Shown piece by piece: positions 22,019-33,483 of a stretch of 64,000 bases of DNA. This DNA comes from Escherichia phage vB_EcoM_FJ1. The notes under the pieces were generated by a model that did not search any database, had not been told where the DNA came from, and worked only from the letters and a program-made list of their open reading frames with translations. A program made the position numbers and the translations under genes. The stretch lies in the sequence record MZ170040.1. One strand, 5' to 3'. The first letter of the stretch is position 1; each line of letters opens with the position of its first letter.

Positions 22019-23197
22019 TTAAAAATATTTTTTAAAACTCATCATAACTTTATCATCAACGTCATTATCAATCTGTGCAACAAGGTAAGATGACAGTTCT
22101 ACTTCTTGTGGCGCGGATTGAACATTATCAGAATTAAGATATTCACGAATCCAAGGATATGGATGTTTAACCGGAGCATCGGTAATTGGGCATGGAAGAC
22201 CACACTGTTTCATACGAGATACAGTTAAGTAATCAATAAAGCTCCACATGCTATTTGTATTTAATCCAGGAACATCGCCATCTTTAAATAAATGAACTGC
22301 CCAATCTTTTTCTTGGCGGTTAACTTCCATGAAAATATCAACTGCTTCTTGTTCACACTCTTGAGCAATTTTAACCCATTCATCACCATCAGTACCGGAT
22401 TGAAGCTGACGAATAATATATTGAGTGCCTTTAAGGTGAAGCTGCTCATCACGTGCAATGAACTTCATAATCTTGGCATTACCTTCCATGATTTCCATGT
22501 TCTTATGGAAGTTAAAGGTACATGCGAAAGATACATAAAAACGAATAGCTTCTAAGGCATTAATAACGTGCAAACAGAGGTAAAGAGATTTCATTAAAGC
22601 ACGTTTAGCTTCGGCTTCTTGTTTAATAGCTCGGTTTAAACGAAAGACAGCATCAGGAGATTCTTTAGCTAGTTCTACAAATTCTTTAGCATTTTCCCAT
22701 TCACGGGTTTTAATCAGAACATCATCATAATAACGCCCAATGGATTCAGCACGTTTCATAATAGCTTCATCTAATACAATCTCATCAAATACCTTCGATG
22801 GATCAGTATAAAGATTTCGCATGATATGTGTATATGAACGGCTGTGAATAGTTTCACTAAAAGTCCACGTAGCAACCCATGTATCAAGGCTTGGGTCTGA
22901 AATTAATGACATAAGTACAGCAGACGGCGCACGACCCTGAATGCTATCCAAAAGTGATTGATACTTCAAGTTGTTAGTAAAAATATTCTGCTGATACTGA
23001 GGAAGCTTATTAAACTGTGCAGCATCCATCATTAAGTTTACTTCTTCGGGACGCCAGAAAAATGATAAGGACTTCTCTGTAAGTTCTTCAAATACTCGAT
23101 GCCGTTGAATATCATAACGCGCAATACCAAGACCTGAACCAAAAAACATAGGTTCTTTTAAAACATCAACTGGATTTGTATTAAAAACTGTGCTCAT
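22019..23197 (-). CDS. nrdB: ribonucleotide reductase small subunit, intron-less
   Basis: 392-aa uninterrupted ORF; R2 ferritin-like size and position. Confidence 0.9.
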   Translation of the reverse strand: MSTVFNTNPVDVLKEPMFFGSGLGIARYDIQRHRVFEELTEKSLSFFWRPEEVNLMMDAAQFNKLPQYQQNIFTNNLKYQSLLDSIQGRAPSAVLMSLISDPSLDTWVATWTFSETIHSRSYTHIMRNLYTDPSKVFDEIVLDEAIMKRAESIGRYYDDVLIKTREWENAKEFVELAKESPDAVFRLNRAIKQEAEAKRALMKSLYLCLHVINALEAIRFYVSFACTFNFHKNMEIMEGNAKIMKFIARDEQLHLKGTQYIIRQLQSGTDGDEWVKIAQECEQEAVDIFMEVNRQEKDWAVHLFKDGDVPGLNTNSMWSFIDYLTVSRMKQCGLPCPITDAPVKHPYPWIREYLNSDNVQSAPQEVELSSYLVAQIDNDVDDKVMMSFKKYF

Positions 23198-23248
23198 AAA
23201 TTTTCCGCTTAGTTAATAGTTGGTGACTCGTCCATGAGTCAAATTATA

Positions 23249-25513
23249 TCATAATTTACAGGATGAACAATCTTCAGCTTTTGGAGTTTCTATTTCATAA
23301 TCATCAGTACCAGAACCATCGCGGGTATTATGATAATAGAAGTTTTTAATGCCATAATACCATCCGTATAGCATGTCATCAATCATTATTGACATTGGAA
23401 CCTTTCCTTTTGGAAAAATCTGCGGGTCATAATATGTATTCGCCGAAGCTGATTGACATACCCATTTCAGCATAATAGCTACCTGCGTAAGATAAGGTTT
23501 ATTACCTTTCTTAGCTAATTTCCATGTATAGTCGTAAAGGTCTATGTTATGCTCAATATTGGGCACGACTTGATTAAAGGAGCCCTCTTTTGATTCTTTA
23601 ACAGAGACTGGTCCACGTGGAGGCTCGATACCGTTTGTACTGTTAGAAACTTGGGAAGATGACTCACATGGCATAAGTGCTGATAATGTGCTATTACGGA
23701 TGCCAAAGAGCTTAAGGTCTTCCCGCAGCGCCGACCAGTCACAAACGTATTTTGGAGCTGCGATTTGGTCAATCTTTTTATTGTACCAGTCGATAGGTAA
23801 TTCGCCTCGAGACCAACGAGTGTCTGAATAATATTCGCAAGGTCCTTTTTCTTTGGCGAGCTTAATGGATGCTTTAATGAGTCCATACTGTAATCTCTCA
23901 AATAGTTCATGTGTTAAATCGTTAGCATCTTCATAAGAAGCAAAGTTACTTGCCAGCCAAGCTGCATAGTTAGTAACACCTACACCAAGGTTACGACGCT
24001 TTTTAGCTTTTTCTGCTTCAGGAACTGGATATCCTTGGTAATCCAACAGATTATCAAGAGCGCGAACTTGAACTTCTGCTAATTCATTAATTTTATCTTG
24101 GTCTTGCCAATCGAAGTTATCCAGCACAAATGCAGATAACGTGCACAATCCAATTTCAGCATCAGGGCTATTCACATCATTTGTTGGAATAGCAATTTCA
24201 CAGCACAAGTTACTCTGACGAATAGGTGCCTTTTCACGAATAAACGGAGTATAGTTATTCGTATTATCAATGAACTGCACATAAATCCTTGCTGTTCCTG
24301 AACGTTCAGTCATGAGCAATTCAAATAGTTCACGGGCTTTAATACGCTTTTTACGAATATTAGGGTCTTTTTCTGCTGCTTCGTATAATTCACGGAAACG
24401 GTCTTGATCTTTAAAATAAGAATAATAAAGCTCGCCACCCATTTCATGTGGACTGAACAAAGTAATGTAATCGTTCTTTCCGAATCGTTCCATCATTAGA
24501 TCATTCAGCTGAACACCATAATCCATGTGACGAATGCGGTTTTCTTCTACGCCTTTGTTATTTTTCAAAACGAGAAGATTTTCAACTTCCAAATGCCAAA
24601 TAGGATAATAAGCAGTAGCAGCGCCGCCACGAATTCCACCCTGTGAGCATGATTTAACAGCAGTCTGAAAATGTTTCCAAAAAGGAATAACACCAGTATG
24701 GCGTACTTCACCCATGCCAATCTTAGAACCTTCAGCACGAATCATACCAACGTTAATACCAATTCCAGCGCGTTTAGAGATATATTCAACAATTGAAGCG
24801 GAAGCCTTATTGATAGACTTTAATGAATCACCTGCCTCAATAACAACACATGAACTGAACTGTCGAGTCGGAGTACGACAACCAGCCATAATAGGAGTTG
24901 GCAATGAAATCTGTCGGGTTGATACTGCTTCATAAAAACGGATAACATGTTTTAATCTATCAACAGGTTCATCTTGATGCAATGCCATTCCAATAGCCAT
25001 AAATGCAAACTGTGGAGTTTCATAAATTTGACCAGTGGTTTTATCTTTAACTAGATATTTTTCTTTTAATTGCATCGCCCCGGAATAAGTAAATTCCATA
25101 TCCCGTTCGTGCTTAATTTTTGATTCTAAAAATGTAATTTCTTCTGCTGAATATTTTGACAATAATTCAGGGTCATATTTACCTTCATTTACACAATAAG
25201 AAATATGGTCAATAAATGAACGTGGTTCATACTGCCCATAAACATGCTTACGAAGAGCAAACATTAAACAGCGTGCAGCTACATATTGATAATCAGGTTC
25301 TTCAACCGAAATAGAATTCGCAGCGGCCTTAATGACAATAGTCTGAATATCATCAGTTGTCATTCCATCACGGAGATAAGATTTAATATTTTCATATAAT
25401 TCATAAGGATCTACTGATGTTCCTTCAGCTGCCCAAGATAAAACTTTAATAATTTTTTGCGGGTCAAAGCTCTGAGAAACACCACTACTTTTGATAACAT
25501 TAATTAATTGCAT
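23249..25513 (-). CDS. nrdA: ribonucleotide reductase large subunit
   Basis: 754 aa as T4 NrdA. Confidence 0.95.
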   Translation of the reverse strand: MQLINVIKSSGVSQSFDPQKIIKVLSWAAEGTSVDPYELYENIKSYLRDGMTTDDIQTIVIKAAANSISVEEPDYQYVAARCLMFALRKHVYGQYEPRSFIDHISYCVNEGKYDPELLSKYSAEEITFLESKIKHERDMEFTYSGAMQLKEKYLVKDKTTGQIYETPQFAFMAIGMALHQDEPVDRLKHVIRFYEAVSTRQISLPTPIMAGCRTPTRQFSSCVVIEAGDSLKSINKASASIVEYISKRAGIGINVGMIRAEGSKIGMGEVRHTGVIPFWKHFQTAVKSCSQGGIRGGAATAYYPIWHLEVENLLVLKNNKGVEENRIRHMDYGVQLNDLMMERFGKNDYITLFSPHEMGGELYYSYFKDQDRFRELYEAAEKDPNIRKKRIKARELFELLMTERSGTARIYVQFIDNTNNYTPFIREKAPIRQSNLCCEIAIPTNDVNSPDAEIGLCTLSAFVLDNFDWQDQDKINELAEVQVRALDNLLDYQGYPVPEAEKAKKRRNLGVGVTNYAAWLASNFASYEDANDLTHELFERLQYGLIKASIKLAKEKGPCEYYSDTRWSRGELPIDWYNKKIDQIAAPKYVCDWSALREDLKLFGIRNSTLSALMPCESSSQVSNSTNGIEPPRGPVSVKESKEGSFNQVVPNIEHNIDLYDYTWKLAKKGNKPYLTQVAIMLKWVCQSASANTYYDPQIFPKGKVPMSIMIDDMLYGWYYGIKNFYYHNTRDGSGTDDYEIETPKAEDCSSCKL

Positions 25514-25830
25514 AAGTCCTCAACTTGAAAATCGTCTTTAAACAATCGGTTAACTATATGAGCTATTATATCACCATGACACGGCTTTGGTTTACATGTG
25601 CATCCTAGCCTCATTCCACGTAAAGGCTCTAAATGTGCTTTAGTTATTTCTCCGGATTTAATTCGACGTATAAAATCTTTTTTGAATAATTCAATGGCAG
25701 CCTCCCGGCTGCCAGCATCTTTACCGACGTAATTTCCCCAAAATGTACCGCGGTGAATATTAACATCAAAGTCGGATTTGTATTTATTCACTACCCGGCA
25801 TAGACGGCCCACGCTGGAATAATTCGTCAT
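25504..25830 (-). CDS. DUF4326-like protein (HRGTxWGN and CxCxPxPCHGD motifs)
   Basis: 108 aa with RGTFWGNY and [14 protein letters not shown] signatures. Confidence 0.6.
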
Positions 25831-26047
25831 ATTGTTTTTCCGTTAATACAGTAATATCATAGTAACAATCGGAAGAAGTTTTAACTGTGGAAATTTTATT
25901 ATCAAAATACTCACGAGTCATTTTATGAGTATAGTATTTTTTACCATAAATGGTAATAGGCTGTTCTGGTCCTGGAACTTCTAACTCGCTTGGGTTAGGA
26001 AGTGTAAAAAGAACAACGCCAGAAGTATCTTTAAATCGTAAAATCAT
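25784..26047 (-). CDS. hypothetical protein
   Basis: 87-aa ORF; ATGA overlap with td. Confidence 0.55.
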
Positions 26048-26904
26048 ATTGCCATTTTCCCTTTAATTGCTGGATGCGATTCATAATTTTCAAGGATAAA
26101 ATCTTTCGGTTTCATGTATTCAGTTAACCAGTAAAGCTGTGTTTCGGTGTCACAATTTCCAAACTCTATAGGCCAATCAATTTTAAGTTCACACAGTTCT
26201 TTAGGCTCACGACGTAAAATTTCTTTACATTGCTCAGTATGATTCATATAGATGTGAGTATTACCACCAGAAAATATCAAATCTCCTGGGATAAGATTAC
26301 ACATCTTAGCCACAATATGCGTCAAGGCAGCGTACGAGGCAATGTTGAATGGCAAGCCCAAGAAAACATCTACACTTCTTTGGTACCATTGTAAATCAAG
26401 ATAACCATTACGCACATTAAACTGATAGAACATATGACAGGGCGGTAATGCCATTTGATTGATTTCAGCTGGATTCCATGCTGAAACGATTTGACGTCGA
26501 TCAGTTGGTAATTTTTTAATACGATCAATAGTTTCAACTAATTGATCCACACCACCGAAATCACGCCATTGTTTACCGTATATAGGACCAAGTTCACCAC
26601 TATGATATCCTAGGTCTTTAGCCTGGTTTTCATAGTTATCGTCCCAAATAGTTTTACCTTGAATAAGACTGCCATGAGTGCGAAGACGTAAATCATTAAC
26701 ATTGGTAGAACCGGAAATAAACCATAGAAGCTCAGCAATGCATGCATTCCAGGCGAGCTTCTTAGTTGTTACTGCAGGAAAACCTTTGGTTAAATCCCAA
26801 CGCAATTTAGTACCGAACAAAGCAATTGTTCCTGTGCCCGTTCGGTCATCGGTTTCATAGCCATTTTCAAAAATGTCTTTAATTAAATCTTGGTATTGTT
26901 TCAT
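26044..26904 (-). CDS. td: thymidylate synthase, intron-less
   Basis: 286-aa uninterrupted ORF; active-site region ALPPCH. Confidence 0.95.
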
Positions 26905-26949
26905 TTAGTACCTTATATAAATTATAATACATTTTATGAAGCTGAATAA

Positions 26950-27309
26950 TCAATACGGTTTAGCATCAAATTTTCTTTCAATTTCAGGCGTGAAATATAA
27001 TTCTTTACCACGTTTGGAAAAGCGACCAATAATATGATAATTATTCTTATCAAACGTAATATTACCAATATCCATAGCTTTCAACCAAATATCGATATTT
27101 CTATCCAGCTTTATGTCAAAATTCCAATACGGAGAACTATTACCGAAAATACTGCAAGCGGATTCAGTGAAACAGCTACTATAAATCTTGTCTTTAGGAA
27201 CTACTAATTGATAGACACCTTTAATAAACTGAGGACCTTGCCATTTTGGCTGTTTCGCGTCTTTTTCTAATAGAATAGGGTAATAATTAAAATTCATATT
27301 TTCCGCCAT
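26950..27309 (-). CDS. hypothetical protein inserted between frd and td
   Basis: 119-aa ORF; no recognisable motif. Confidence 0.5.
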   Translation of the reverse strand: MAENMNFNYYPILLEKDAKQPKWQGPQFIKGVYQLVVPKDKIYSSCFTESACSIFGNSSPYWNFDIKLDRNIDIWLKAMDIGNITFDKNNYHIIGRFSKRGKELYFTPEIERKFDAKPY

Positions 27310-27317
27310 GCGTTATT

Positions 27318-28144
<827 letters not shown>

Positions 28145-28155
28145 ATTATCTCCTA

Positions 28156-28488
28156 TTAAAAAGGATCAGGAACATATCCGCTAGCTTTAATCATTTTAAT
28201 TAACGTTAACATTCCTTTGTTAACTGCTCGTGAGATTTCATCAAAAACTTCATCACTAAAAAGTTCTAACACGCCCTTCTGAACTTTTAATTTACAGCCA
28301 ACAATTTCGTCATCGCCTATAGTAAATTCGTTTCCGCCAATTCCACCGAAAAACTTAATTACACCAGTTAACTGTCTTCCACGAGAATATGGGTCGTGTG
28401 ATAAAGTAATATGAGTCACCCCGGGTACAGTTTTAAATTGGCAGCGAATATTTACTTGTGAAATTCCAGTTACATGAATGTCAGACAT
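28156..28488 (-). CDS. hypothetical protein (frd.2 position)
   Basis: 110-aa ORF. Confidence 0.55.
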   Translation of the reverse strand: MSDIHVTGISQVNIRCQFKTVPGVTHITLSHDPYSRGRQLTGVIKFFGGIGGNEFTIGDDEIVGCKLKVQKGVLELFSDEVFDEISRAVNKGMLTLIKMIKASGYVPDPF

Positions 28489-28498
28489 AATATTTTCC

Positions 28499-28741
28499 TC
28501 AAATAGACTTTTTCACAATTTTCCAATCAGCTTTAAACTGATCGACGTCAGAGTGATAAATCCAAAATCCTGCGCTTTCACCGTCTTCATAAAGCGGACA
28601 CCCATCACATTCATCTTCCCATCCCATGCCACGTAAAAGGTGTTCAGCTTTTTCAACAAGTTCAGAATCTTTACCGATGATATTAAAATACCATTTACCT
28701 CTAACTTCTGAATCTTTGATGCTCTGGCGTTGTAATCTCAT
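28499..28741 (-). CDS. hypothetical protein (frd.3 position)
   Basis: 80-aa ORF with AAGGAGAA SD. Confidence 0.55.
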   Translation of the reverse strand: MRLQRQSIKDSEVRGKWYFNIIGKDSELVEKAEHLLRGMGWEDECDGCPLYEDGESAGFWIYHSDVDQFKADWKIVKKSI

Positions 28742-28750
28742 TTTATTCTC

Positions 28751-28819
28751 CTTAGCAAGCTTTAATCAAAAGATATAAACAGACCAACATAACTGCTGCC
28801 ATAATATAAGGTGCGAACA
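28751..28819 (-). CDS. candidate 22-aa hydrophobic peptide (MFAPYIMAAVMLVCLYLLIKAC)
   Basis: ATG with GGAG SD; its stop overlaps the SD of the downstream gene; promoter upstream. Confidence 0.35.
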
Positions 28820-28879
28820 TTTTCTTTTCTCCATTAGTTTTGATAGGGTAATAGTATCACACTACTACTCTTCTGTAAA

Positions 28880-29245
28880 CTACTTTTTGAAAGTTTTTCG
28901 CAAAAGTTCAATGATTTCATCTACATTGTTTTCGTCAACAATGCAGTGAATTTTTGTTACGCCAGAAACCTTGTCTTTGACTTCATCTTCTTCAGAAGTC
29001 GGTTCTTTATACTCACGAAAACAATGAAATTCATCTTCGCAGACGTTGAAGTAAAAATGCTTTCCATTGGCGCATTCTACGTGTTTTACTACTTTAAATC
29101 CATCAGCAAAGAAAACTTCTTTAACTTCAAACCATCCGCCATTTTCTTGAATAGCTTTAACTATTAATGAATTAGAACGCGGGCGATAATTAATAAATGT
29201 ATCAATAAGTCTTGGAACAAGTTCGTACTTTTTATCAATATACAT
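28880..29245 (-). CDS. hypothetical protein
   Basis: 121-aa ORF; hairpin AGGGGCT...AGCCCCT after stop. Confidence 0.55.
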   Translation of the reverse strand: MYIDKKYELVPRLIDTFINYRPRSNSLIVKAIQENGGWFEVKEVFFADGFKVVKHVECANGKHFYFNVCEDEFHCFREYKEPTSEEDEVKDKVSGVTKIHCIVDENNVDEIIELLRKTFKK

Positions 29246-29289
29246 TATGTTTTCCTCATTTTAATAGGGGCTTGATAGCCCCTCGATAA

Positions 29290-29541
29290 TTACTGTTCAA
29301 TCAATCCCATGTAAAATTCTGCATCTTCAGCATCCATACCATCACAGTATTCATTAGCCATAAATCGTTCAAGAACTTCTAAAGGACCTTCAATAACAAT
29401 AGAAAAATTGCAATAATTGGGATCATCATGAATACTTGTGATACTAAGTTCAGGATAACGATTACGAATAATTTCTTCAATATATTCAAAATCAACGATG
29501 TCAATATCAACTTTAGCCATATTGTTTTCCTCTTTAATCAT
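29290..29541 (-). CDS. hypothetical acidic protein
   Basis: 83-aa ORF downstream of promoter cassette. Confidence 0.55.
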   Translation of the reverse strand: MIKEENNMAKVDIDIVDFEYIEEIIRNRYPELSITSIHDDPNYCNFSIVIEGPLEVLERFMANEYCDGMDAEDAEFYMGLIEQ

Positions 29542-29584
29542 CAGCAGTATTGCCGATAGTTGTATAGTACCATAAAGCTTTATG

Positions 29585-29623
29585 CTTGTAAACCGTTTTG
29601 TGAAAAAATTTTTGAAATAAAAA
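29585..29623 (-). promoter_or_regulatory. early promoter cassette with A/T-rich upstream element, member of a repeat family
   Basis: Near-identical to 47525-47565 and similar to 51165-51200; minus strand has the A/T-rich element then GTTTAC. Confidence 0.6.
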
Positions 29624-29624
29624 A

Positions 29625-29643
29625 GGGGACCTCTAGGGTCCCC
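29625..29643 (-). terminator. intrinsic terminator after gene 32
   Basis: GGGGACCCTAGAGGTCCCC hairpin followed by T-run on minus strand. Confidence 0.75.
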
Positions 29644-29665
29644 AATTAATTAGTAATATAATCTA

Positions 29666-30571
29666 TTAAAGGTCATTCAAAAGGTCATCCAGGTCCGTGT
29701 CATCAGCACTAGATGAACTGCCAGAGCTTGAGCTCATAAAATCATCTTCAGTTTTTGTATTGAAGTCATCAACATTGAATGCATCCAAATCATCAGCAAC
29801 TTTATCAGCTTTCTTAGCAGCAGTTGCTGCGGCACCACCCATAGCAGCAGTTCCCATAACTTGACTGAACTTAGTGCTCAGTTCTTCAAACGATTTGAAT
29901 TTATCTTTAGAAGTCATTTCAGAAAGGTCAACCATTTGTTCGAACAGTTCTTTCTGGAAAGATTCATCGTCAATATTTGGAATCGCAGATTGATTCAGGA
30001 ATTTAGATTCGTCGTAGTTACTAAATCCAGAAACCTGTTTAACTTTCAGTACAAAGTTAGCACCTTCCCACGGGCAAGTTACATCAACTGGAGTTTCACC
30101 CATTTCTACATCAACCGCAATCATTGCATTGATTTTATCCCAGATTTTCTTACCGAAACGGTATTTAAATACTTTACCTTCGTTTTCTGGAGCAGCTGGG
30201 TCTTTTACTACAAGAATGTTAGCCCAGTAAGAAGTTTTACGTTTAACAAGACTGTACTCTTTATTGTCAGTGTTGTACAGATCATTTTTACTGATGTACT
30301 GACATACTGGGCAAGAATCGTAATCACCATGGGTAGATGAACATGTTTCAATATACCATTTACCATTTTTCTTGAAACCGTGATTTACAAGAATTGCGAA
30401 TGGTGCTTGTTCATCATTTTTAGACGGAAGAAAACGAATTACTGCTTGACCGTTACCCGCATTATCGAGTTTCAGTTTCCACTCGCCTTTATCTTCAGAA
30501 GAAAAACCTTTATTGCCATTCAGTTTAGCCATTTGTGCAGCAAGTTCAGCAGTAGATTTACGTTTAAACAT
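29666..30571 (-). CDS. 32: single-stranded DNA-binding protein gp32
   Basis: 301 aa as T4 gp32; acidic C-terminal tail. Confidence 0.95.
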
Positions 30572-30625
30572 TTTATTTCCTTTTTAATTTAATTTAATTA
30601 ACAGTTGGTGCTATGACACTTTACC

Positions 30626-31258
30626 TCATAGCTGGCATAATTCGCAATACTCTGGGTCTTCGAGAGGTATCCAACCTGAGTTGAAATACTTTACCATCGA
30701 TTTAGCAGTTGTATCAGTTATATTTATATTACCTTTAACTCTTCGCCATCCAGGAGTTTTACCGTACAGATTAGAGGATAATAATAACACATAATTCTCG
30801 TAAGCAATATGAGATAATTTCCAAGACTCTATATTAGCTCGTGATGTTTTCCAAGGTCTAAAATCGTCACGGTTCATATAATTAGCCAATCTCATATGCT
30901 CTCTAACTTCCGGGTCTTTGGCTGGATGAGTTTCACCACTCACACCAAATCCACCACCAGCATATACCAGATTAAAATAGTCTGGATTATCTCTGGCATT
31001 TACTTCAAGTTGGTATTTTCGTTCTGCTTCAATAACATCCAAGTCATCATCAATTTGAATTATTTTAACGCTCGGTTTTTGAAGCATTAGCGCATTCAAA
31101 AATCTTTTTTGTTTACATGAGCTCCAGTATTCCTTTCCGGAAGAGTCATATATTATTCCGTTCTCAAATGAGCAATTTAATTTACTACCGATATAGTAGT
31201 ATGGCGGAGTCTTATTTTTGACACGGTCTTCAAATGTAAACCAATATACTATATTCAT
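30626..31258 (-). mobile_element. GIY-YIG homing endonuclease gene (seg-like) between genes 32 and 59
   Basis: 210 aa; N-terminal IVYWF...YYIGSK and THPAKDPEVREH resemble I-TevI/Seg GIY-YIG motifs; same site as T4 segG. Confidence 0.75.
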
Positions 31259-31259
31259 A

Positions 31260-31913
31260 TCAATACTTGCAAGATTTCACAGTTTCAATGAAAACACTTT
31301 TAGCTTTCTGTGAATCAATATTTAAAATTTTTCTATAAGCCTTTAACTTTATAGAATAATTATTCCAGACTAAATTATCAGTCTGTTCATCATGTTTATC
31401 AATTATATTTAAAAACGAATCAAGCAAGATAAACGTCTCAAACGAAATTATGTTCGATTGCAGAAGTTTAAAAATATAACTTGATTGAACTTTTGGATTA
31501 TACTCAAAGATTTCTTTAAAAGCAGAAACTTCAACTTTTTTACTAAAATAATAAATGTTGCGAATATCTTCTTCAAACTTAAATTTAATTTGCTTTAAGC
31601 GTCCGATATATTCACGATAAAACACAAGTGCATCAGCGTCAGAGATGTCACCAATCCAAGCATCTTGGTTAGCAACCAAATTACTTATAAAGATTAAAGC
31701 AAGTTCCTTTAATTTATATTTTTCTGATAACTTCTGGAAAAAATACTTATCCCTTCGCTTTTGATAAGCGGCATCAGACACCCGCATGCACCAATTATAC
31801 TTAATTACATCATACTTTCCATTCATATGTTGTTTTATCATTAAGTATAATTTATAAACTGATTTACCATCAATATATCTTTCACCACCAGCAGGCATGC
31901 GGAGTTTAATCAT
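31260..31913 (-). CDS. 59: helicase loader gp59
   Basis: 217 aa as T4 gp59. Confidence 0.9.
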   Translation of the reverse strand: MIKLRMPAGGERYIDGKSVYKLYLMIKQHMNGKYDVIKYNWCMRVSDAAYQKRRDKYFFQKLSEKYKLKELALIFISNLVANQDAWIGDISDADALVFYREYIGRLKQIKFKFEEDIRNIYYFSKKVEVSAFKEIFEYNPKVQSSYIFKLLQSNIISFETFILLDSFLNIIDKHDEQTDNLVWNNYSIKLKAYRKILNIDSQKAKSVFIETVKSCKY

Positions 31914-32257
31914 AGTAGAAAATCTAATGTATTAGTTTTTTCACAACGAACAACAGAAGGACGTAAAAGATTTTCGTCAATAGCTTCCGACTGAATTTTT
32001 TCAATTATACCCGAAGGAATAAATTTAGCAAATTGAGTTTCAGGAATAGAGTTTTCTTCCAAGAATGCTGTCGTAGCTTCAAGATAACTCATTCCAAACT
32101 CTTCTACCATTTTTTCAATAATAAATCCATTTTCTTGACGATCAAGAAGCTTTGCTATTTCATCCTTTTCTTTCTTAATTGAAAGTTCTTTTTCTGAAAG
32201 ACCGGTCTCATCGACCGGACGAATATCATTTAGAGAAAACTGTGTCATAAAGTTCAA
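31910..32257 (-). CDS. 33: late transcription co-activator gp33
   Basis: 115 aa; ATGA overlap with gene 59; synteny. Confidence 0.85.
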   Translation of the reverse strand: MNFMTQFSLNDIRPVDETGLSEKELSIKKEKDEIAKLLDRQENGFIIEKMVEEFGMSYLEATTAFLEENSIPETQFAKFIPSGIIEKIQSEAIDENLLRPSVVRCEKTNTLDFLL

Positions 32258-32495
32258 CTACCTCTTCAGTTTCAGCTTCAAACACATCACGGTTATCTTT
32301 ATGATACAAAGCTAATAGACGATTAAACATCTTACCATCAACGCCAAGTTCATCTTTGGCACGAATTCGAATATCTTTAATCAATTCATTATAACCAGAA
32401 ATTTTCAGTTTATGATCAGATGCTTCTTTAATAAATTTAGCCAAGTCTTCGCCGTGGATAGCTTCATCAAATTCAACCATTTCTTTTTTAGCCAT
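32226..32495 (-). CDS. dsbA: dsDNA-binding protein DsbA
   Basis: 89 aa as T4 DsbA; synteny. Confidence 0.8.
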   Translation of the reverse strand: MAKKEMVEFDEAIHGEDLAKFIKEASDHKLKISGYNELIKDIRIRAKDELGVDGKMFNRLLALYHKDNRDVFEAETEEVVELYDTVFSK

Positions 32496-32503
32496 TATTC
32501 ACC

Positions 32504-33421
32504 TCAAAATTCATTAATGCTATTAGTTAATTTAGAAAGACCCGCTTTTACAAAATATGAATAAATTTTGCCACGCGGTGGTAATTTATATGAATTATAG
32601 TAATTCACAATGTTTGAAGCAATATTATCAGGAATATAATCAAAATCAATTAGAACTAAATTTTCTTTATAACGATTATATTCAGATTCTGTGAGAAGCA
32701 CCTTAGCTTGCTCACGGTCATTAGCAATAGCTTCAACGATTGAAGTTTTCATTGAAGGAGTTCGTTCACCTTCAACTCTGGTAAACCAAAAGTCAGATCG
32801 TACTTTAACTGAAGCAACGTTATCCTTTTTGTCGCCTTTAAGGATTTTAGTCATACAGTCAATTTCAGCAGAACCGCTTTTAATTTTAACCCATTTCTTG
32901 TGCATCGGTGACCATTGCTTAACATTTGGGTATTTGTGAAGTTGAGTAAAGTCACCATCCGATGAAATGATTAAAATCTTGTGTCCTTCTAAAGAGAACT
33001 TTTTAACAAGAACAGCAATGTGGTCATCTGCTTCATACTTATCAATATCCATAACAATGTATGGCATATAAGCTTTCAATTCATCTATAACTTTATGGCT
33101 GGATTCAAAATAACCTTCCCAGTCCCAAGTCGATTCTTCTCGTGCCTTTCCACGGTTTTTCTTGTAATAATACGCGAAATCACGACGCCAATATCCAGAT
33201 TTCGCGTTATCAATACACAGTACAATTTTAGTGTATCCAAGAGCTTTTGCTTTTTTGACATTAAACTTAATTGAGTTCAATATCAAATGACGAACCATTG
33301 ATAAATTAATTTTTTCTTTATTTGGGAAGTTTACCAAAGCAGTTGAAAGCGCAATTTGACTAAAGTCAATTAAGCAGATTCCTTCTTTGTAATCTTCATC
33401 CAGCATCATTTCTAAATCCAT
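32504..33421 (-). CDS. rnh: RNase H (5'-3' exonuclease, FEN family)
   Basis: 305 aa from ATG 33421 (MDLEMML...); track start is a TTG extension; GAGG SD. Confidence 0.9.
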   Translation of the reverse strand: MDLEMMLDEDYKEGICLIDFSQIALSTALVNFPNKEKINLSMVRHLILNSIKFNVKKAKALGYTKIVLCIDNAKSGYWRRDFAYYYKKNRGKAREESTWDWEGYFESSHKVIDELKAYMPYIVMDIDKYEADDHIAVLVKKFSLEGHKILIISSDGDFTQLHKYPNVKQWSPMHKKWVKIKSGSAEIDCMTKILKGDKKDNVASVKVRSDFWFTRVEGERTPSMKTSIVEAIANDREQAKVLLTESEYNRYKENLVLIDFDYIPDNIASNIVNYYNSYKLPPRGKIYSYFVKAGLSKLTNSINEF

Positions 33422-33450
33422 ATGAACCTCGTTCAATTAGTGAGATTTCT

Positions 33451-33480
33451 ATTATATACCATCCGAATCTTAAAGTAAAC
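33451..33480 (-). promoter_or_regulatory. early promoter for rnh (GTTTAC-N18-TATAAT)
   Basis: Minus strand GTTTACTTTAAGATTCGGATGGTATATAAT. Confidence 0.6.
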
Positions 33481-33483
33481 AAG

